Shown here: positions 1 through 10,803 of the stretch, piece by piece
Layout of the letters: the number at the start of each line of letters is the position of its first letter
Position numbering within the stretch: the first letter of the stretch is position 1
DNA from: an uncultured beta proteobacterium
GTDB lineage: Bacteria > Pseudomonadota > Gammaproteobacteria > Burkholderiales > SHXO01
DNA: 64,000 nucleotides
Direction of reading: 5' to 3'
Assembly (NCBI GenBank): GCA_963747025.1
Contig: CAVVDJ010000002.1
Location: 19,376 to 83,375, forward strand
Notes under the pieces: generated by a model
The model's input: only the letters and a program-made list of their open reading frames with translations
Databases searched by the model: none
What the model was told of the DNA's origin: nothing
Position numbers and translations under genes: made by a program

Positions 1-635
1 TGGGTGGTCAGACCACTGCAACCGAGTTTGCGTCCGATTGGATTCTCACGCACGAATTCGTGCACTTGGCCTTGCCGCAACTGGCTGACGAGCACGACTG
101 GCTCCAGGAAGGCGCCGCCACCTACGTTGAACCGATCGCGCGCGCTCAAGCCGGACAACTGTCTCCCGAGCGGGTGTGGGCGGAGTTCGCGCTCGACATG
201 CCGAACGGTCTGCCCGCCGAAGGCGACCGCGGGCTCGATTTCACTGCAACCTGGGCGCGCACCTATTGGGGCGGCGCATTGTTCTGCCTCGTGGCGGACG
301 TGAAGATCCGTAGCCGTACCGGTAACCGCGTGGGCCTCCAGCAGGCGCTGCGTGCGATCCTCGAAGGCGGCGGGACGCTCGAGCACCGCTGGTCCATTCG
401 CGAAGCGCTCAAGGCCGGAGACGCGGCAACGGGCGTGGATGTGCTGATGCAAATGTATGAGGAGTGGCGTGCGGCTCCGGTGCAGGTCGATCTTACACGC
501 CTGTGGCGCGAGCTCGGAGTTGAGCACCAAGGCCGGCGAGCAACGCTGCGGGACGATGCGCCCCTGGCCGACATCCGCCGCGCCATCACCGCCCGCGCAC
601 CCGTCGCGCAACCGCAGGGTTACGCCGGCAACTGA
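1..635 (+). CDS. Zinc metallopeptidase (HExxH...E gluzincin type), C-terminal portion; the 5' end lies outside the window
   Basis: Frame 3 is open from base 3 to the stop at 633-635. Translation starts GGQTTATEFASDWILTHEFVHLALPQLADEHDWLQEGAATYVEP. This gives an HExxH zinc motif followed by a WLxEG glutamate, as in aminopeptidase-like gluzincins. Confidence 0.6.
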   Translation, partial: GGQTTATEFASDWILTHEFVHLALPQLADEHDWLQEGAATYVEPIARAQAGQLSPERVWAEFALDMPNGLPAEGDRGLDFTATWARTYWGGALFCLVADVKIRSRTGNRVGLQQALRAILEGGGTLEHRWSIREALKAGDAATGVDVLMQMYEEWRAAPVQVDLTRLWRELGVEHQGRRATLRDDAPLADIRRAITARAPVAQPQGYAGN

Positions 636-662
636 GCCGACGGTTCCAGCGAGCAGAGCGGA

Positions 663-1166
663 GTGAAGCTGCCCACCATTGTGTTGCTGGTTCTGCTGGC
701 CGTCTTGACGCTGTTCACGGCATTTAACTGGACCGCATTCACGACGCCCACCCAGCTCAGTCTGATCGTGACTACGGTCCAGGCGCCGCTCGGCGTGCTG
801 ATGTTGATCCTGACAGGCGCCATCATCACAGCGTTCTTGATCTTCTTCGTCTATCTGCAGACCACGACCGCGCTCGAAGCGCGGCGCCTCGCAAAAGAAC
901 TCAAGAGCCAGCGCGAACTGGCGGACCGCGCGGAGGCTTCGCGTTTCACCGAGCTGCGGACCTTTCTCGCTCAAGAGCTGGCGTCATTGCGCACCCTCAG
1001 CGGTGAATCCGACACCAAGCTTGCTTCCCGTGTGGACGCCGCGGAACAAGCGCTTCGCACCGACATTGAGCACGCCGGCAACACGCTGGCTGCTTATATT
1101 GGAGAGCTCGAGCACCGCCTGGAATCACCCGAAGGCGCGGATCGCGTGGTCAGCGATCGCCGCTGA
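663..1166 (+). CDS. Membrane protein with two N-terminal TM helices and a charged helical tail (LapA/DUF1049-like architecture)
   Basis: GTG start, 167 aa. Hydrophobic helices LPTIVLLVLLAVLTLFTAF and LGVLMLILTGAIITAFLIFFVYL are followed by an Ala/Arg/Glu-rich coiled-coil-like tail. The family name is from memory and was not searched. Confidence 0.5.
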   Translation: MKLPTIVLLVLLAVLTLFTAFNWTAFTTPTQLSLIVTTVQAPLGVLMLILTGAIITAFLIFFVYLQTTTALEARRLAKELKSQRELADRAEASRFTELRTFLAQELASLRTLSGESDTKLASRVDAAEQALRTDIEHAGNTLAAYIGELEHRLESPEGADRVVSDRR

Positions 1167-1173
1167 GCGCGTG

Positions 1174-1663
1174 TCAGCGCTTGGGCTTTGGGGCGGCCGT
1201 CGGATCAGGGTGGATGTCGTCCACCCAGTGCACCTGCTCCGGCTTCTCGACTGCAGGAAGATCCAGGTTCACCACGACGGGGTCTTGCCCGCTGCGCACC
1301 AGCACGCATGACAGCGGCTGCATCGTCGCTCGCGTTGATCTCTTGGTGCGGCACGTACGGCGGAACGTAGATGAAGTCTCCCGGCCCCGCCTCGGCTACA
1401 AATTCGAGGCTCTCCCCCCAGCGCATGCGCGCTTTGCCGCTGACGACGTAAATCACGCTTTCCAGCGGGCCGTGGTGATGCGCACCGGTCTTCGCCTTGG
1501 GATGGATGACCACCGTGCCGGCCCACAGCTTCTCCGCGCCGGCGCGCGCTTTCGTGATCGCGGCCGCGCGGTTCATGCCCGGTGTCTGCGCTGTGTTGGT
1601 GTCGAGCTCGGTGCCTTTGACCACGCGGACACCGTGGAACTTCCATTTCGACTCGGACGTCAT
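1174..1663 (-). CDS. Cupin-domain protein (one frameshift as sequenced)
   Basis: N-terminal frame reads GAHHHGPLESVIYVVSGKARMRWGE...GDFIYVPPYVPHQEINASDD, a cupin barrel motif. Near 1319 the family-like continuation PLSCVLVRSGQDPVVVNLDLPAVEKPEQVHWVDDIHPD...KR* moves to another frame, consistent with one extra base. Confidence 0.7.
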
Positions 1664-1673
1664 CGGCCCTCTC

Positions 1674-1988
1674 CTACCGCAGCCATATCAAAGCCAGCAT
1701 AAGCAGACTCGGCACGGTCGTGTTGATCAGCGCAAGCGTCAGCCAGCGCCTGCGGGCCGCGAAGTCGTGAGCCGGAGGCTGATCAGTGGCCAGAAGCAGG
1801 AACGCGGCTGCGCAAGACAGCACGATGGCAAATCCGCCGATTGCATAGAAGGCCACGAAGGCACGGAAGCTCAGGCTCCGCCCATAGGCCGGGCCCGTCA
1901 AGAGGTGAAACGCTAGCCACGCAGCCATGCCGACGTTGCACAGACTCGGCAAGACGAAACCGAGGAAGGTCTTGGCTGCCCGGCTCAT
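1674..1988 (-). CDS. Small integral membrane protein (104 aa), coupled to the upstream oxidoreductase
   Basis: ATG at 1988 overlaps the reconstructed stop of the upstream gene (ATGA). Three hydrophobic segments are present: FLGFVLPSLCNVGMAAWLAFHLL, FVAFYAIGGFAIVLSCAAAFLLL, LTLALINTTVPSLLMLALIWL. No family was recognised. Confidence 0.55.
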   Translation of the reverse strand: MSRAAKTFLGFVLPSLCNVGMAAWLAFHLLTGPAYGRSLSFRAFVAFYAIGGFAIVLSCAAAFLLLATDQPPAHDFAARRRWLTLALINTTVPSLLMLALIWLR

Positions 1989-4963
1989 CCAAGCTGCCTG
2001 GACGACGCGCGCGGCAACGCGGCCCGCAGCACCCGGGCTACGTGCACCGCCTCGCGCCCCGCCCCGTCCAGGATCTGATGCCGACAGCTGGTGCCGTCCG
2101 CGACGATCAGGGTATCGGGCTGTGCCGCAGCGCACGCTCGGCAGGAGGCTCGCCTCGGCCATGCGCATCGACATTTCGAAGTGTTCCGCTTCGTAGCCGA
2201 ACGCGCCGGCCATGCCGCAGCAGCTCGACACGACGGTCTCGACCGCGAGACCGGGGATCAGGCGCAGCGCCTGCTCTACCGATGGCATGGCGCCAAAGGC
2301 CTTCTGATGGCAATGCCCATGCAGCAGCGCGCGCTTGCCCGCCTGCGCTTCGAGCGGCAGCCTCAGACGACCTGCGGCAAGCTCGCGCGCCAGGAACTCC
2401 TCGAACAACAGTGCCTGGCGCGAAACCGTCTCCACCGCCTGGCGCGGAAACAAGCATAGCAACTCGTCCCTGAGCGTAAGCAGGCAAGAGGGCTCGAGGC
2501 CTACGATCGGCACGCCGCGTGCGGCAAAAGGTTCGACGGCCTCGATCAGCCGGCGTGCCTCCGCTCGAGCTTCTTCCACCAGCCCCGCCGCAAGGAAGGT
2601 GCGTCCGCAGCACAGCGGGCGCGCGCCATCTCGCGCGGCTGCGACGTGGACGGCGTAGCCCGCTGCAATCAGTACATCCTGCGCAGCCTGCAGGTTCTCC
2701 GGCTCAAAGTAGTTGTTGAAAGTGTCCGCGAGCAGGACGACTTCGGATGTGGAATTCGCGGTGCCAGCGCGTCCGGAAGGGCGAGCGGCAAGGCGCGCAG
2801 AAGTTCCCGTAAAAACATCCCGGCGCCATTTCGGCAGCTTCCGCTTGGACGAGATCCCGAGGCACCTTTCGCTGATCGCTGCCAAGCCCGGGATCGTGTC
2901 GCGCGCATTCAGCAACGGCGCCAAGCGCGAAGCCCACGGCGCGTAGCGCGGCAGGAAGGCGATGAGTTTTTGGCGCGCCGTCAGGCCGTGACGGCGCGTG
3001 TAGTGGTACAACACTTCCACCTTCATCCTGGCCATGTCCACACCGGTCGGACATTCCCGCCGGCAACCCTTGCAGCTCACGCAAAGCTGTAGCGTGTCGT
3101 ACATCGCAGGGGAAGTCAGCGCGTCGGGTCCGAGTTGGCCCGTCAGCGCGAGCCGCAAGGTATTGGCGCGCCCACGGGTAAGGTGCTGCTCATCGCCAGT
3201 AGCGCGAAAAGAAGGACACATGGTTCCCGCGTCGAATTTTCGGCAATGACCATTGTTGTTGCACATCTCCGCGGCGCGATCGAAGCCGCCCCATTCGCTC
3301 CAGTCCAGCACGGTGTCGAGCTCGGGCGCTGCGTAGCCCGGTTTGAAACGGAACAGCGAGCGATCGTCCATCCGGCTCGGGTGAACGATCTTGCCCGGGG
3401 TTCATCAGGCCTCTTGGGATCGAACAGTTCCTTGACCTCGGCCAGGGCCCGCGCCAGACGTTCGCCCAGGATCGGCTCGATCCATTCGGATCGCACCAGC
3501 CCATCGCCATGCTCGCCCGAATACGCGCCCTTGTACTGCTTGACCAGAGCGCAGGCTTCCTCGGCAATCGCCCGCATCTTCTGGGCGCCGTCGGTTTTCA
3601 TATTCAGCACCGGGCGCACGTGCAGCGTGCCGACCGAGGCATGCGCGTACCACGTACCCTTGGTGCCATGCTTTTCGAATACGCGCGTGAGCTTGTCGGT
3701 GTACTCGGCCAGGTGCTCGAGCGGGACCGCGCAATCCTCGATGAAGGACACCGGCTTGCCGTCGCCCTTCATCGACATCATGATGTTGAGCCCGGCTTTG
3801 CGTACTTCCCAGATGTCGCGCTGGAGCGCCACGTCGGTAACTTCGACGACCGAGCCCGGCAAACCGAGATCTCCCATCATGGAGACGAGCTGCGTGAGCT
3901 TGCGCGCCTGGTCCGCGTACTGCTCCCCCGCGAACTCAACCAACAGGATTGCGTCGGGCTCCCCCTTCAGGAACCGCTCCACGATCGAGCGGTAAGCAGG
4001 GTTGCCGCGCGCCAGGTCGATCATCGTGCGGTCGACCAGCTCCACCGCGTCCGGGTCGAGCTTCACGATGTGCTGGGACGCGTCCATCGCCTGGTAGAAG
4101 GTGGGAAAGTGGCACACGCCCAACACCCTGTGCTTCGGGATCGGCGCCAGCTTCAGACGCAAGCGCTGCGAGTACGCGAGCGTTCCTTCGGAGCCCACCA
4201 GGAGGTGCGAAAGATTGTGGGACGGTGCGCGGTAAAACCATATCCAGGTTGTAGCCCTGCACCCGGCGCAGCACCTTCGGCCAGCGCGCATCGATCTCCG
4301 CTGCTTCACGGCTGGCGATGGCGTGAACCTTCTCGATCAAAGCGCGATAGGCGCTCGAGCCGCGCGCCACATCCTCGACCGGGCCGAAGCTGAGCTCGTC
4401 GCCGCTCGGAAGCCATGCCTCGATGCCGAGAACGTTGTGCACCATGTTGCCGTAGCGGATCGAGCGCGACCCGCAGGAGTTGTTGCCGGCCATGCCGCCG
4501 ATGGTCGCCTGGGCCGAAGTCGACACGTCCACCGGGAACCACAAGCCCGTGTGGTCTGAGGAAAGCGTTGAGACGGTCGAGCACGACGCCGGGCTGCACC
4601 GTGACCTCGCGCGCCTGCGGCGTCGAACGCGATGACCTGGTTGAGGTACTTGGAGTTGTCGATGACCAGCGCCGCGCCCACAGTCTGGCCACACTGGGAG
4701 GTGCCGGCGCCGCGCGGCAGGATCGGCACGCCTTCCGCGACAGCGATCTGCAGCGCAATGCGTGCCGCCTCCGGACTGCGAGGCACGACCACGCCCACCG
4801 GCTCCACCTGGTAAATGGAAGCGTCGGTGCTGTAGCGCCCGCGCGAGAAGGCATCGAACAGCACTTCGCCGTCGACTTCCTTGAGCAGGCGCTTCTCGAG
4901 GGCGGAGGTGGCGCGCGCTGCGGCGCGGGGATGGAACTGAACAGCTACAGCAGGGGCGTTCAT
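1985..4963 (-). pseudogene. Fused FAD-binding (GlcD-like) and Fe-S/CCG (GlcF-like) oxidoreductase, ~990 aa, YdiJ-like; about 6 frameshifts as sequenced
   Basis: Pieces in different frames join into one protein. FAD-binding part: RGRYSTDASIYQVEPVGVVVPRS, ILPRGAGTSQCGQ, ATIGGMAGNNSCGSRSIRYGNMVHNVL. FAD-oxidase C part: GTLHVRPVLN, GEHGDGLVRSEW. Fe-S/CCG part: CNNNGHCRKFDAGTMCPSFRAT, CVSCKGCRRECPTGVDM, CCGRTF, SSCCGMAGAFGYE. Frame switches lie near 4620, 4545, 4235, 3413, 3397 and 2125. Confidence 0.8.
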
Positions 4964-5107
4964 GGTCTCGATTTGCGGACATTCTTCTCAATGCCCTGGA
5001 TCATCTTACCCTAGGTGTCGGTTATGCGGAGCTTCCCCAGGCTCGGGTTGAGCGCGGGGGAGAGTTTCGGTAGGCTGAGCGGTTCCTCCACCGCCGAGCC
5101 TGCCCCC

Positions 5108-6310
5108 ATGCCCCTCCACACCGGCCGCCATTTTCTCCAGATTCCCGGCCCTACCAACGTGCCGGACCGAGTCCTGCGCGCCATCGACAACCCGACGCTC
5201 GACCACCGCAGCGCGGAGTTTGCCGCACTGGGCATGCAGGTTCTCGAGGGCATCAAGCGCGTTTTCCAGACCCGCCATCCGGTCGTCATCTACCCGGCTT
5301 CGGGCACCGGCGCTTGGGAGGCCGCGCTGGTCAATACCTTGTCCCCGGGTGACCGTGTGCTGATGTACGAGACCGGCCACTTCGCGACGCTGTGGCGGCG
5401 GATGGCCAGCCGGCTCGGACTCGAGGTCGACTTCATTCCCGGCGACTGGCGCCGTGGAGCCGATCCTCTGGCGATCGAGGCGCGGCTGGAAGAAGACCGC
5501 GCACACGAGATCAAGGCGGTATGCGTAGTGCACAACGAGACCTCCACCGGCGCAGTGACGCGCGTACCGGAGGTGCGCCAAGCGCTCGACCGCAACGGAC
5601 ATCCCGCGCTGCTGATGGTGGACACCATTTCGTCGCTCGCTTCCATCGACTACCGCATGGACGAATGGGGCGTGGACGTGACGGTAGGCGGTTCGCAGAA
5701 GGGCCTGATGCTGCCGCCGGGCCTGAGCTTCAACGCCGTGAACGAGAAGGCGCTGCAGGCGGCAAAGTCGGCACGCCTTCCGCGCGCGTACTGGAACTGG
5801 GAGGAGATGCTGGCTTCGAACCAGACCGGCTTCTTCCCCTATACGCCCGCCACGAATCTGCTCTACGGTTTGCGCGAGGCGCTCGCCATGCTGCAGGAGG
5901 AAGGCCTGGACAACGTCTTTGCGCGTCATGCGCGGCACGCGGAGGCCACCCGTCGCGCGGTCCGCGCCTGGGGGCTGGAAATCCTGTGCCTGGATCCCGG
6001 CGAATACAGCAGTTCACTGACCGCCCTGGTGATGCCTGAAGGTCACGACGCCGACCACGTGCGCAAGGTGATCCTGGAGCGGTTCGACATGTCGCTCGGC
6101 GCCGGGCTGGGCAAGCTCAAAGGTAAGGTTTTCCGCATCGGCCACCTGGGCCATTTCAACGATCTCATGTTGGCCGGCACGCTGTGTGGAGTGGAGATGG
6201 GCCTGGGCCTGGCCGGGGTGCCGATTCGCAAGGGAGGCGTGCAAGCCGCGCTGGACTACCTTGCGACACCCATGACCCCAGGCGTGCGGACGGCGCGCGC
6301 AGTGGCCTGA
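5108..6310 (+). CDS. Class-V aminotransferase, serine-glyoxylate / alanine-glyoxylate aminotransferase-like
   Basis: Intact 400 aa from ATG 5108. N-terminus reads MPLHTGRHFLQIPGPTNVPDRVLRAI. The PLP-lysine region is VTVGGSQKGLMLPPGLS, and HLGHFNDLML lies near the C-terminus. The upstream part of the 431-aa ORF lacks coding character. Confidence 0.8.
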   Translation: MPLHTGRHFLQIPGPTNVPDRVLRAIDNPTLDHRSAEFAALGMQVLEGIKRVFQTRHPVVIYPASGTGAWEAALVNTLSPGDRVLMYETGHFATLWRRMASRLGLEVDFIPGDWRRGADPLAIEARLEEDRAHEIKAVCVVHNETSTGAVTRVPEVRQALDRNGHPALLMVDTISSLASIDYRMDEWGVDVTVGGSQKGLMLPPGLSFNAVNEKALQAAKSARLPRAYWNWEEMLASNQTGFFPYTPATNLLYGLREALAMLQEEGLDNVFARHARHAEATRRAVRAWGLEILCLDPGEYSSSLTALVMPEGHDADHVRKVILERFDMSLGAGLGKLKGKVFRIGHLGHFNDLMLAGTLCGVEMGLGLAGVPIRKGGVQAALDYLATPMTPGVRTARAVA

Positions 6311-6336
6311 TCAGCGGACGCTTCAAGGGGCCCGCG

Positions 6337-7116
6337 ATGGCACTCGCCTTCTTGCACCCGGATCCTTCCGATACGCCTCACGTCCGCCGTGTCGCGGCCA
6401 CCGCTCCATTCCTATGGCTGGCAAAGGGATGGGACGATATGTGGCGGACGACGTCCATCAGCCTCGTGTACGGCGTGCTTGCAACGCTCGCCGGCGGCAT
6501 TCTGCTCTGGCTCTCGCGAGACTACACACACCTCGCTCCGGCTCTGGCATCCGGGTTCTTGCTCGTCGCGCCGGTTCTCGCGATCAATCTCTACGCGCTA
6601 TCGCGCCGGTTGGAGCGCGGCGAGCCGATCGACTGGCTGCATCTGTTCGATGATTGGCGCCAGAATCGCGGCTCGATTGCGTTATACGGGCTCGGGCTGG
6701 CGTTCGTGCTGATGACGTGGGAGCGGATCTCGGCAATCCTGTTTGCGCTGTTCTATCGTGGTGATGTGCCCGGGCTCGCGCACTTCGCTGCGGAAGTGTG
6801 GCTTTCAGGCGCCTATCTGGAACTCGTCACGGCATATTTGTTCGTGGGCGGAGTGCTGGCGGTCGTCGTGTTTTGCTTCAGCGTGGTCTCGCTGCCGATG
6901 ATGCTCGACCGCGACGTCGACGCGTTAACTGCAGTGTCCACCAGCCTTGACGCCATCCGCACCAACCCGAGCACCATGTTGCTATGGGCAGCACTGATCG
7001 CGGTCTTAACCGGCATCGGATTTGCCGCTCTGATGATCCCCCTGGTCATCATCTTCCCACTGCTGGCGCACGCCAGCTGGCACTGCTACCGCGACGTGGT
7101 AGGCCGGGCTCATTAG
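6337..7116 (+). CDS. Integral membrane protein, DUF2189-like
   Basis: Intact 259 aa from ATG 6337. It is a multi-helix hydrophobic protein (SISLVYGVLATLAGGILLWL, FLLVAPVLAINLYAL, LAVVVFCFSVVSLPMML, ALIAVLTGIGFAALMIPLVIIFPLL). The family name is from memory. Confidence 0.6.
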   Translation: MALAFLHPDPSDTPHVRRVAATAPFLWLAKGWDDMWRTTSISLVYGVLATLAGGILLWLSRDYTHLAPALASGFLLVAPVLAINLYALSRRLERGEPIDWLHLFDDWRQNRGSIALYGLGLAFVLMTWERISAILFALFYRGDVPGLAHFAAEVWLSGAYLELVTAYLFVGGVLAVVVFCFSVVSLPMMLDRDVDALTAVSTSLDAIRTNPSTMLLWAALIAVLTGIGFAALMIPLVIIFPLLAHASWHCYRDVVGRAH

Positions 7117-7132
7117 CGTTCGCCCACACCGG

Positions 7133-8120
7133 TCAGGCCCCGTCAGGGCCGATGCCGCTGCCTGCGGCAGCCCGGGTGAGACGATCGCGAACAGCGTCCC
7201 ACGCTACGCCGCGTGGTGGTGCTTCGACAACGATCAAGGCACACCCTGAGCGCTCGAAAAACCGCAACAGCGCATAGAGGTCATGCGCGTAAGCCCGGGG
7301 CTCGCCGGCGGCGATCTGCCATGTTGCGGCAGTAGAGTCGGGGCGGACGGTCGCGGCGCGCCAGTACGGCTACTGGGCCCACGGCGGCGTGCTCCCGCAC
7401 GATCCGCTCGAGACTCCTGGGGGTAGCGAGCCTAAGAGGGATCGTCGGCGCATAGTGCGCAGCAAGAGTACCCGATGCGCGTGGCGACGCGGATGTGGCG
7501 GACAAGACCGGTTGTCCTGTCACCTGTTCAATCGCCGTGGCACTGATCCGGCCGGGACGCAGCAGAATCGCTGCGCCGGTCGACAGATCCACGATGGTCG
7601 ATTCGATTCCGACTTCGCATGCGCCGCCGTCGAGAATTAGGTCTACGGCGCCGCCGAGTTCATCGCGCACGTGCTGTGCGGTGGTTGGACTGACGCGGCC
7701 GAAACGATTTGCCGACGGCGCCGCGATCCCGCCGCCGAAAGCCTGCAACAGACGTCGAGCCATCGGGTGCGCCGGCACGCGCAGCCCCACCGTCTCCTGC
7801 CCTCCGGTGACCGCGTCCAATACGCCGGCTGCGCGCTGGAGCACGAGCGTGAGCGGCCCAGGCCAGAACCGATCGGCCAGCCGCTGCGCGATCGCCGGCA
7901 TCTCACGCGACCAACGCGTGAGCTCCTCCGCTGCCTGCAAGTGCACGATCACCGGATGGTCTGACGGGCGTCCCTTGGCGGCGAACATCCGGCGCAGAGC
8001 ACTGGCATTGGACGCATCGGCGCCCAGACCGTAGACCGTCTCGGTCGGAAACGCCACCAGCCCGCCTGCGCGCAGGATCGCGGCCGCACGGGCAATTTCG
8101 GAATCGGAAACGAGGCTCAT
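7133..8120 (-). CDS. tsaC: L-threonylcarbamoyladenylate synthase (YrdC plus Sua5 domains); one frameshift as sequenced
   Basis: N-terminus GGLVAFPTETVYGLGADASN...KGRPSDHPVIVH...WPGPLTLVL...GLRVPAHP...APSANRFGRVSPT. The C-terminal continuation PDSTAATWQIAAGEPRAYAHDLYALLRFFERSGCALIVVEAPP is in another frame after the GGGG run at 7340-7343. Confidence 0.85.
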
Positions 8121-8161
8121 CTACCGCGCAACCCGCGGGGCGCAACTGCGTCCCTCGGGCC

Positions 8162-9058
8162 TCAGGTGGGTTGGCTCGGTATCAGCAATCGCAGCGCTTC
8201 GCGATACTTCTGTGCTGTCTTGACCAGCACGTCGAGGGGAAGCGCGGGAGCCGGCGGCTTCTTGTCCCAGCCGTGCGCTTCCAGCCAGTCGCGCACGAAC
8301 TGCTTGTCGAAACTGGGCGGGCTGCTGCCGACGACGTACTGCGAAGCCGGCCAGAAACGCGAGGAGTCGGGCGTCAGCGCCTCGTCGATCAGATAGAGTT
8401 GGCCGGCCGCGTCGGTGCCGAACTCGAATTTGGTATCCGCGATGATGATACCGCGCGTGCGCGCATACTCTGCGGCTTCGGTGTAGAGCTGGACGGCCTT
8501 GTCGCGGACCTGTGCAGCGACGGCGGAACCGAGCAGCTGTTCCGCTTGCGCGAAGGGAATGTTCTCGTCGTGGGTGCCGGCGGGCGCCTTGGTGGATGGC
8601 GTGAAGATCGCGTGCGGCAGCTTGTCGGCCTCCTGCAATCCCGCAGGCAGCGCGATGCCGCAGATTGCGCCGCAGTTCCGGTACTCCTTCCAGCCCGACC
8701 CGGCTAGATAGCCGCGCACGATGGCTTCGATCGGCAGCGGTTGCAGACGGCGAACCACGAAGGCACGGCCTGCGACTTGATCGCGCTCGTCGGCTCGACA
8801 CCACCGATTCGGGTGCGACGTCGAGCAGATGGTTCGGGAATGATGTGCGCGAGCCGACGAAACCAGAAATTGGACAGCGCCGTGAGCACTTCGCCCTTGC
8901 CCGGAACAGGACTGGCCAGGACCACGTCGAAGGCGGACAGCCGATCGGTCTGGATGATCAGCAAGCGCTCGTCATCCACGCGCGTAGATGTCGCGCACTT
9001 TGCCGCGATGAAGCAGCCGGACAGAGCGAAGGGTCGATTCGAACAGGCTCTTGGTCAT
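8162..9058 (-). CDS. purC: Phosphoribosylaminoimidazole-succinocarboxamide (SAICAR) synthase; about 3 frameshifts as sequenced
   Basis: [26 protein letters not shown] | [21 protein letters not shown]...ALSNFWF...HIIP | [12 protein letters not shown] | [35 protein letters not shown]...[11 protein letters not shown]...[15 protein letters not shown]. Frame switches lie near 8985, 8838 and 8806. Confidence 0.85.
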
Positions 9059-9126
9059 CGGGTAGAGTCGGCGGCGGATTCGGGCGGACCACTCTGGCTT
9101 GCCATGCGTTGCCGCCGGTTTTGGCT

Positions 9127-10284
9127 TCACGCGCTCTTGAGTCTGCCCGCCTGCGCCTCGGACAGCAACAGCGACTTCGCTTGCAGGGCGATTGCCAGCG
9201 CCGCGTCGCCGCTCTCCGCAAGCACGGTGAAGTGACCCATCTTGCGGCCGGGCCGTGCCTCGGCCTTGCCGTACAGATGCAGCTTGGCGCCGGGGTGGCG
9301 CAGCACATGCTCCCACCGCGGCTCGCCGTCGGCCCATAGCTCCCCCAGCAGGTTGACCATGGCCGCAGGGCAATGCAGATCCGTCGCGCCCAGCGGCACG
9401 CCGCAGAGGACGCGGGCCTGCTGTTCGAACTGGGAGGTGACGCAGGCGTCGATGGTGTAGTGCCCGCTGTTGTGCGGCCGCGGCGCGATCTCGTTCGCCA
9501 GCATCCGGCCATCGCGCAGCACGAAGAACTCCACGCATAGCACCCCGTGGTAGCTCAGGCGCGAGGCGACGGTCACCGCTGCGGCGCGCGCCTGTTCAGC
9601 CAGCGCCTTCGATATCCGCGCTGGCACGACGCTGATGTCGAGGATGCCGTGCGCATGCTGGTTCTCGGCTACGGGCCAGCTCACGACGGAGCCGTCGAAG
9701 CCGCGTGCGACAACGACCGAGAGCTCGAGCTCCAAGCGGCAGCAGCCGCTCCAGCACGCAGGGCTGAGCGCCCAGCTTCACGAACGCCGCGCGCGCCTCC
9801 TCCAATGTCGTCACCCGCGCCTGCCCCTTACCGTCGTACCCCAGCCGGCTGCGCTTGAGGATGCCGGGCAGCAACGGGGCCAGCGCTCTCGTCCAGATCC
9901 TGCTCCCGAAGCACTGCGCGATACGGGGCGACTTCGATGCCTGCCGCCGGCGAGAAACTCTTTCTCGGCGATGCGGTCCTGCGCCACGGCGACGCTGTCC
10001 GCGGAAGGGCTCACGACGCAGTGGCGCGCCAGGAAGCGCAAGGCGGCCGCCGGAACGTTCTCGAACTCCGTGGTGGCCGCAGCGCAACGCGATGCGAGCT
10101 CCTGCAGAGCACCTGGATCGAGATAATCGGCGGCGATGTGATCGTCCGCAACGCTGCCGGCCGGGCTGTGGCTGCCGGGATCGAGGACGACCACTTTGTA
10201 GCCCATGCTCTGAGCCGCCATGGTGAACATGCGGCCGAGCTGGCCGCCACCAAGCAGCCCAAGCCAGGCGCCGGGAGCGATCAT
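9127..10284 (-). CDS. purK: N5-carboxyaminoimidazole ribonucleotide synthase; about 3 frameshifts as sequenced
   Basis: ATP-grasp protein: [29 protein letters not shown]...[12 protein letters not shown]...[10 protein letters not shown] | [18 protein letters not shown] | [22 protein letters not shown] | [11 protein letters not shown]...[13 protein letters not shown]...GRKMGHFTV. Switches lie near 9955, 9885 and 9740. Confidence 0.85.
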
Positions 10285-10294
10285 GCGGGCGGGA

Positions 10295-10790
10295 TCATTT
10301 CAGCGGCGGCAGCTGCATCGCTCTCACCGCCGCTTCTTGTGAACTGCGGAACTGGCGTAGCTTCTGCGCCAGCGCCGCATCGGTGACGGCCAGCAACGCG
10401 ACCGCGAACAACGCTGCGTTGATGGCGCCCGGCTTCGCCGATGGCGAAGGTGGCGACCGGCACACCCTTCGGCATCTGCACGATCGACAGCAGCGAATCG
10501 AGACCCTGCAGGTGGCGGCCGGGTACCGGCACGCCGAGGACGGGAAGTGTGGTCTTCGCGGCCAGCATGCCGGGAAGGTGTGCGGCGCCGCCGGCACCGG
10601 CGATGATGCATCTCAGCCCGCGCTGCGCGGCCGCCTCGGCGTAGCGGAACATGTCGTCCGGGGTACGGTGCGCAGACACCACGCGGGCTTCGTACGCGAC
10701 CGCGAACTGATCCAGCTGACGCGCAGCGTGCTGCATGACCTCCCAGTCGCTGTCGCTGCCCATGACGATTCCCACCAGCGTCGCGCTCAT
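10295..10790 (-). CDS. purE: N5-CAIR mutase (AIR carboxylase catalytic subunit); one frameshift as sequenced
   Basis: [22 protein letters not shown]...VVSAHRTPD...[28 protein letters not shown]...[23 protein letters not shown] | [26 protein letters not shown]. The switch sits at the CCC run 10428-10430. Confidence 0.88.
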
Positions 10791-10803
10791 TGCGGCCCCG
10801 CCA

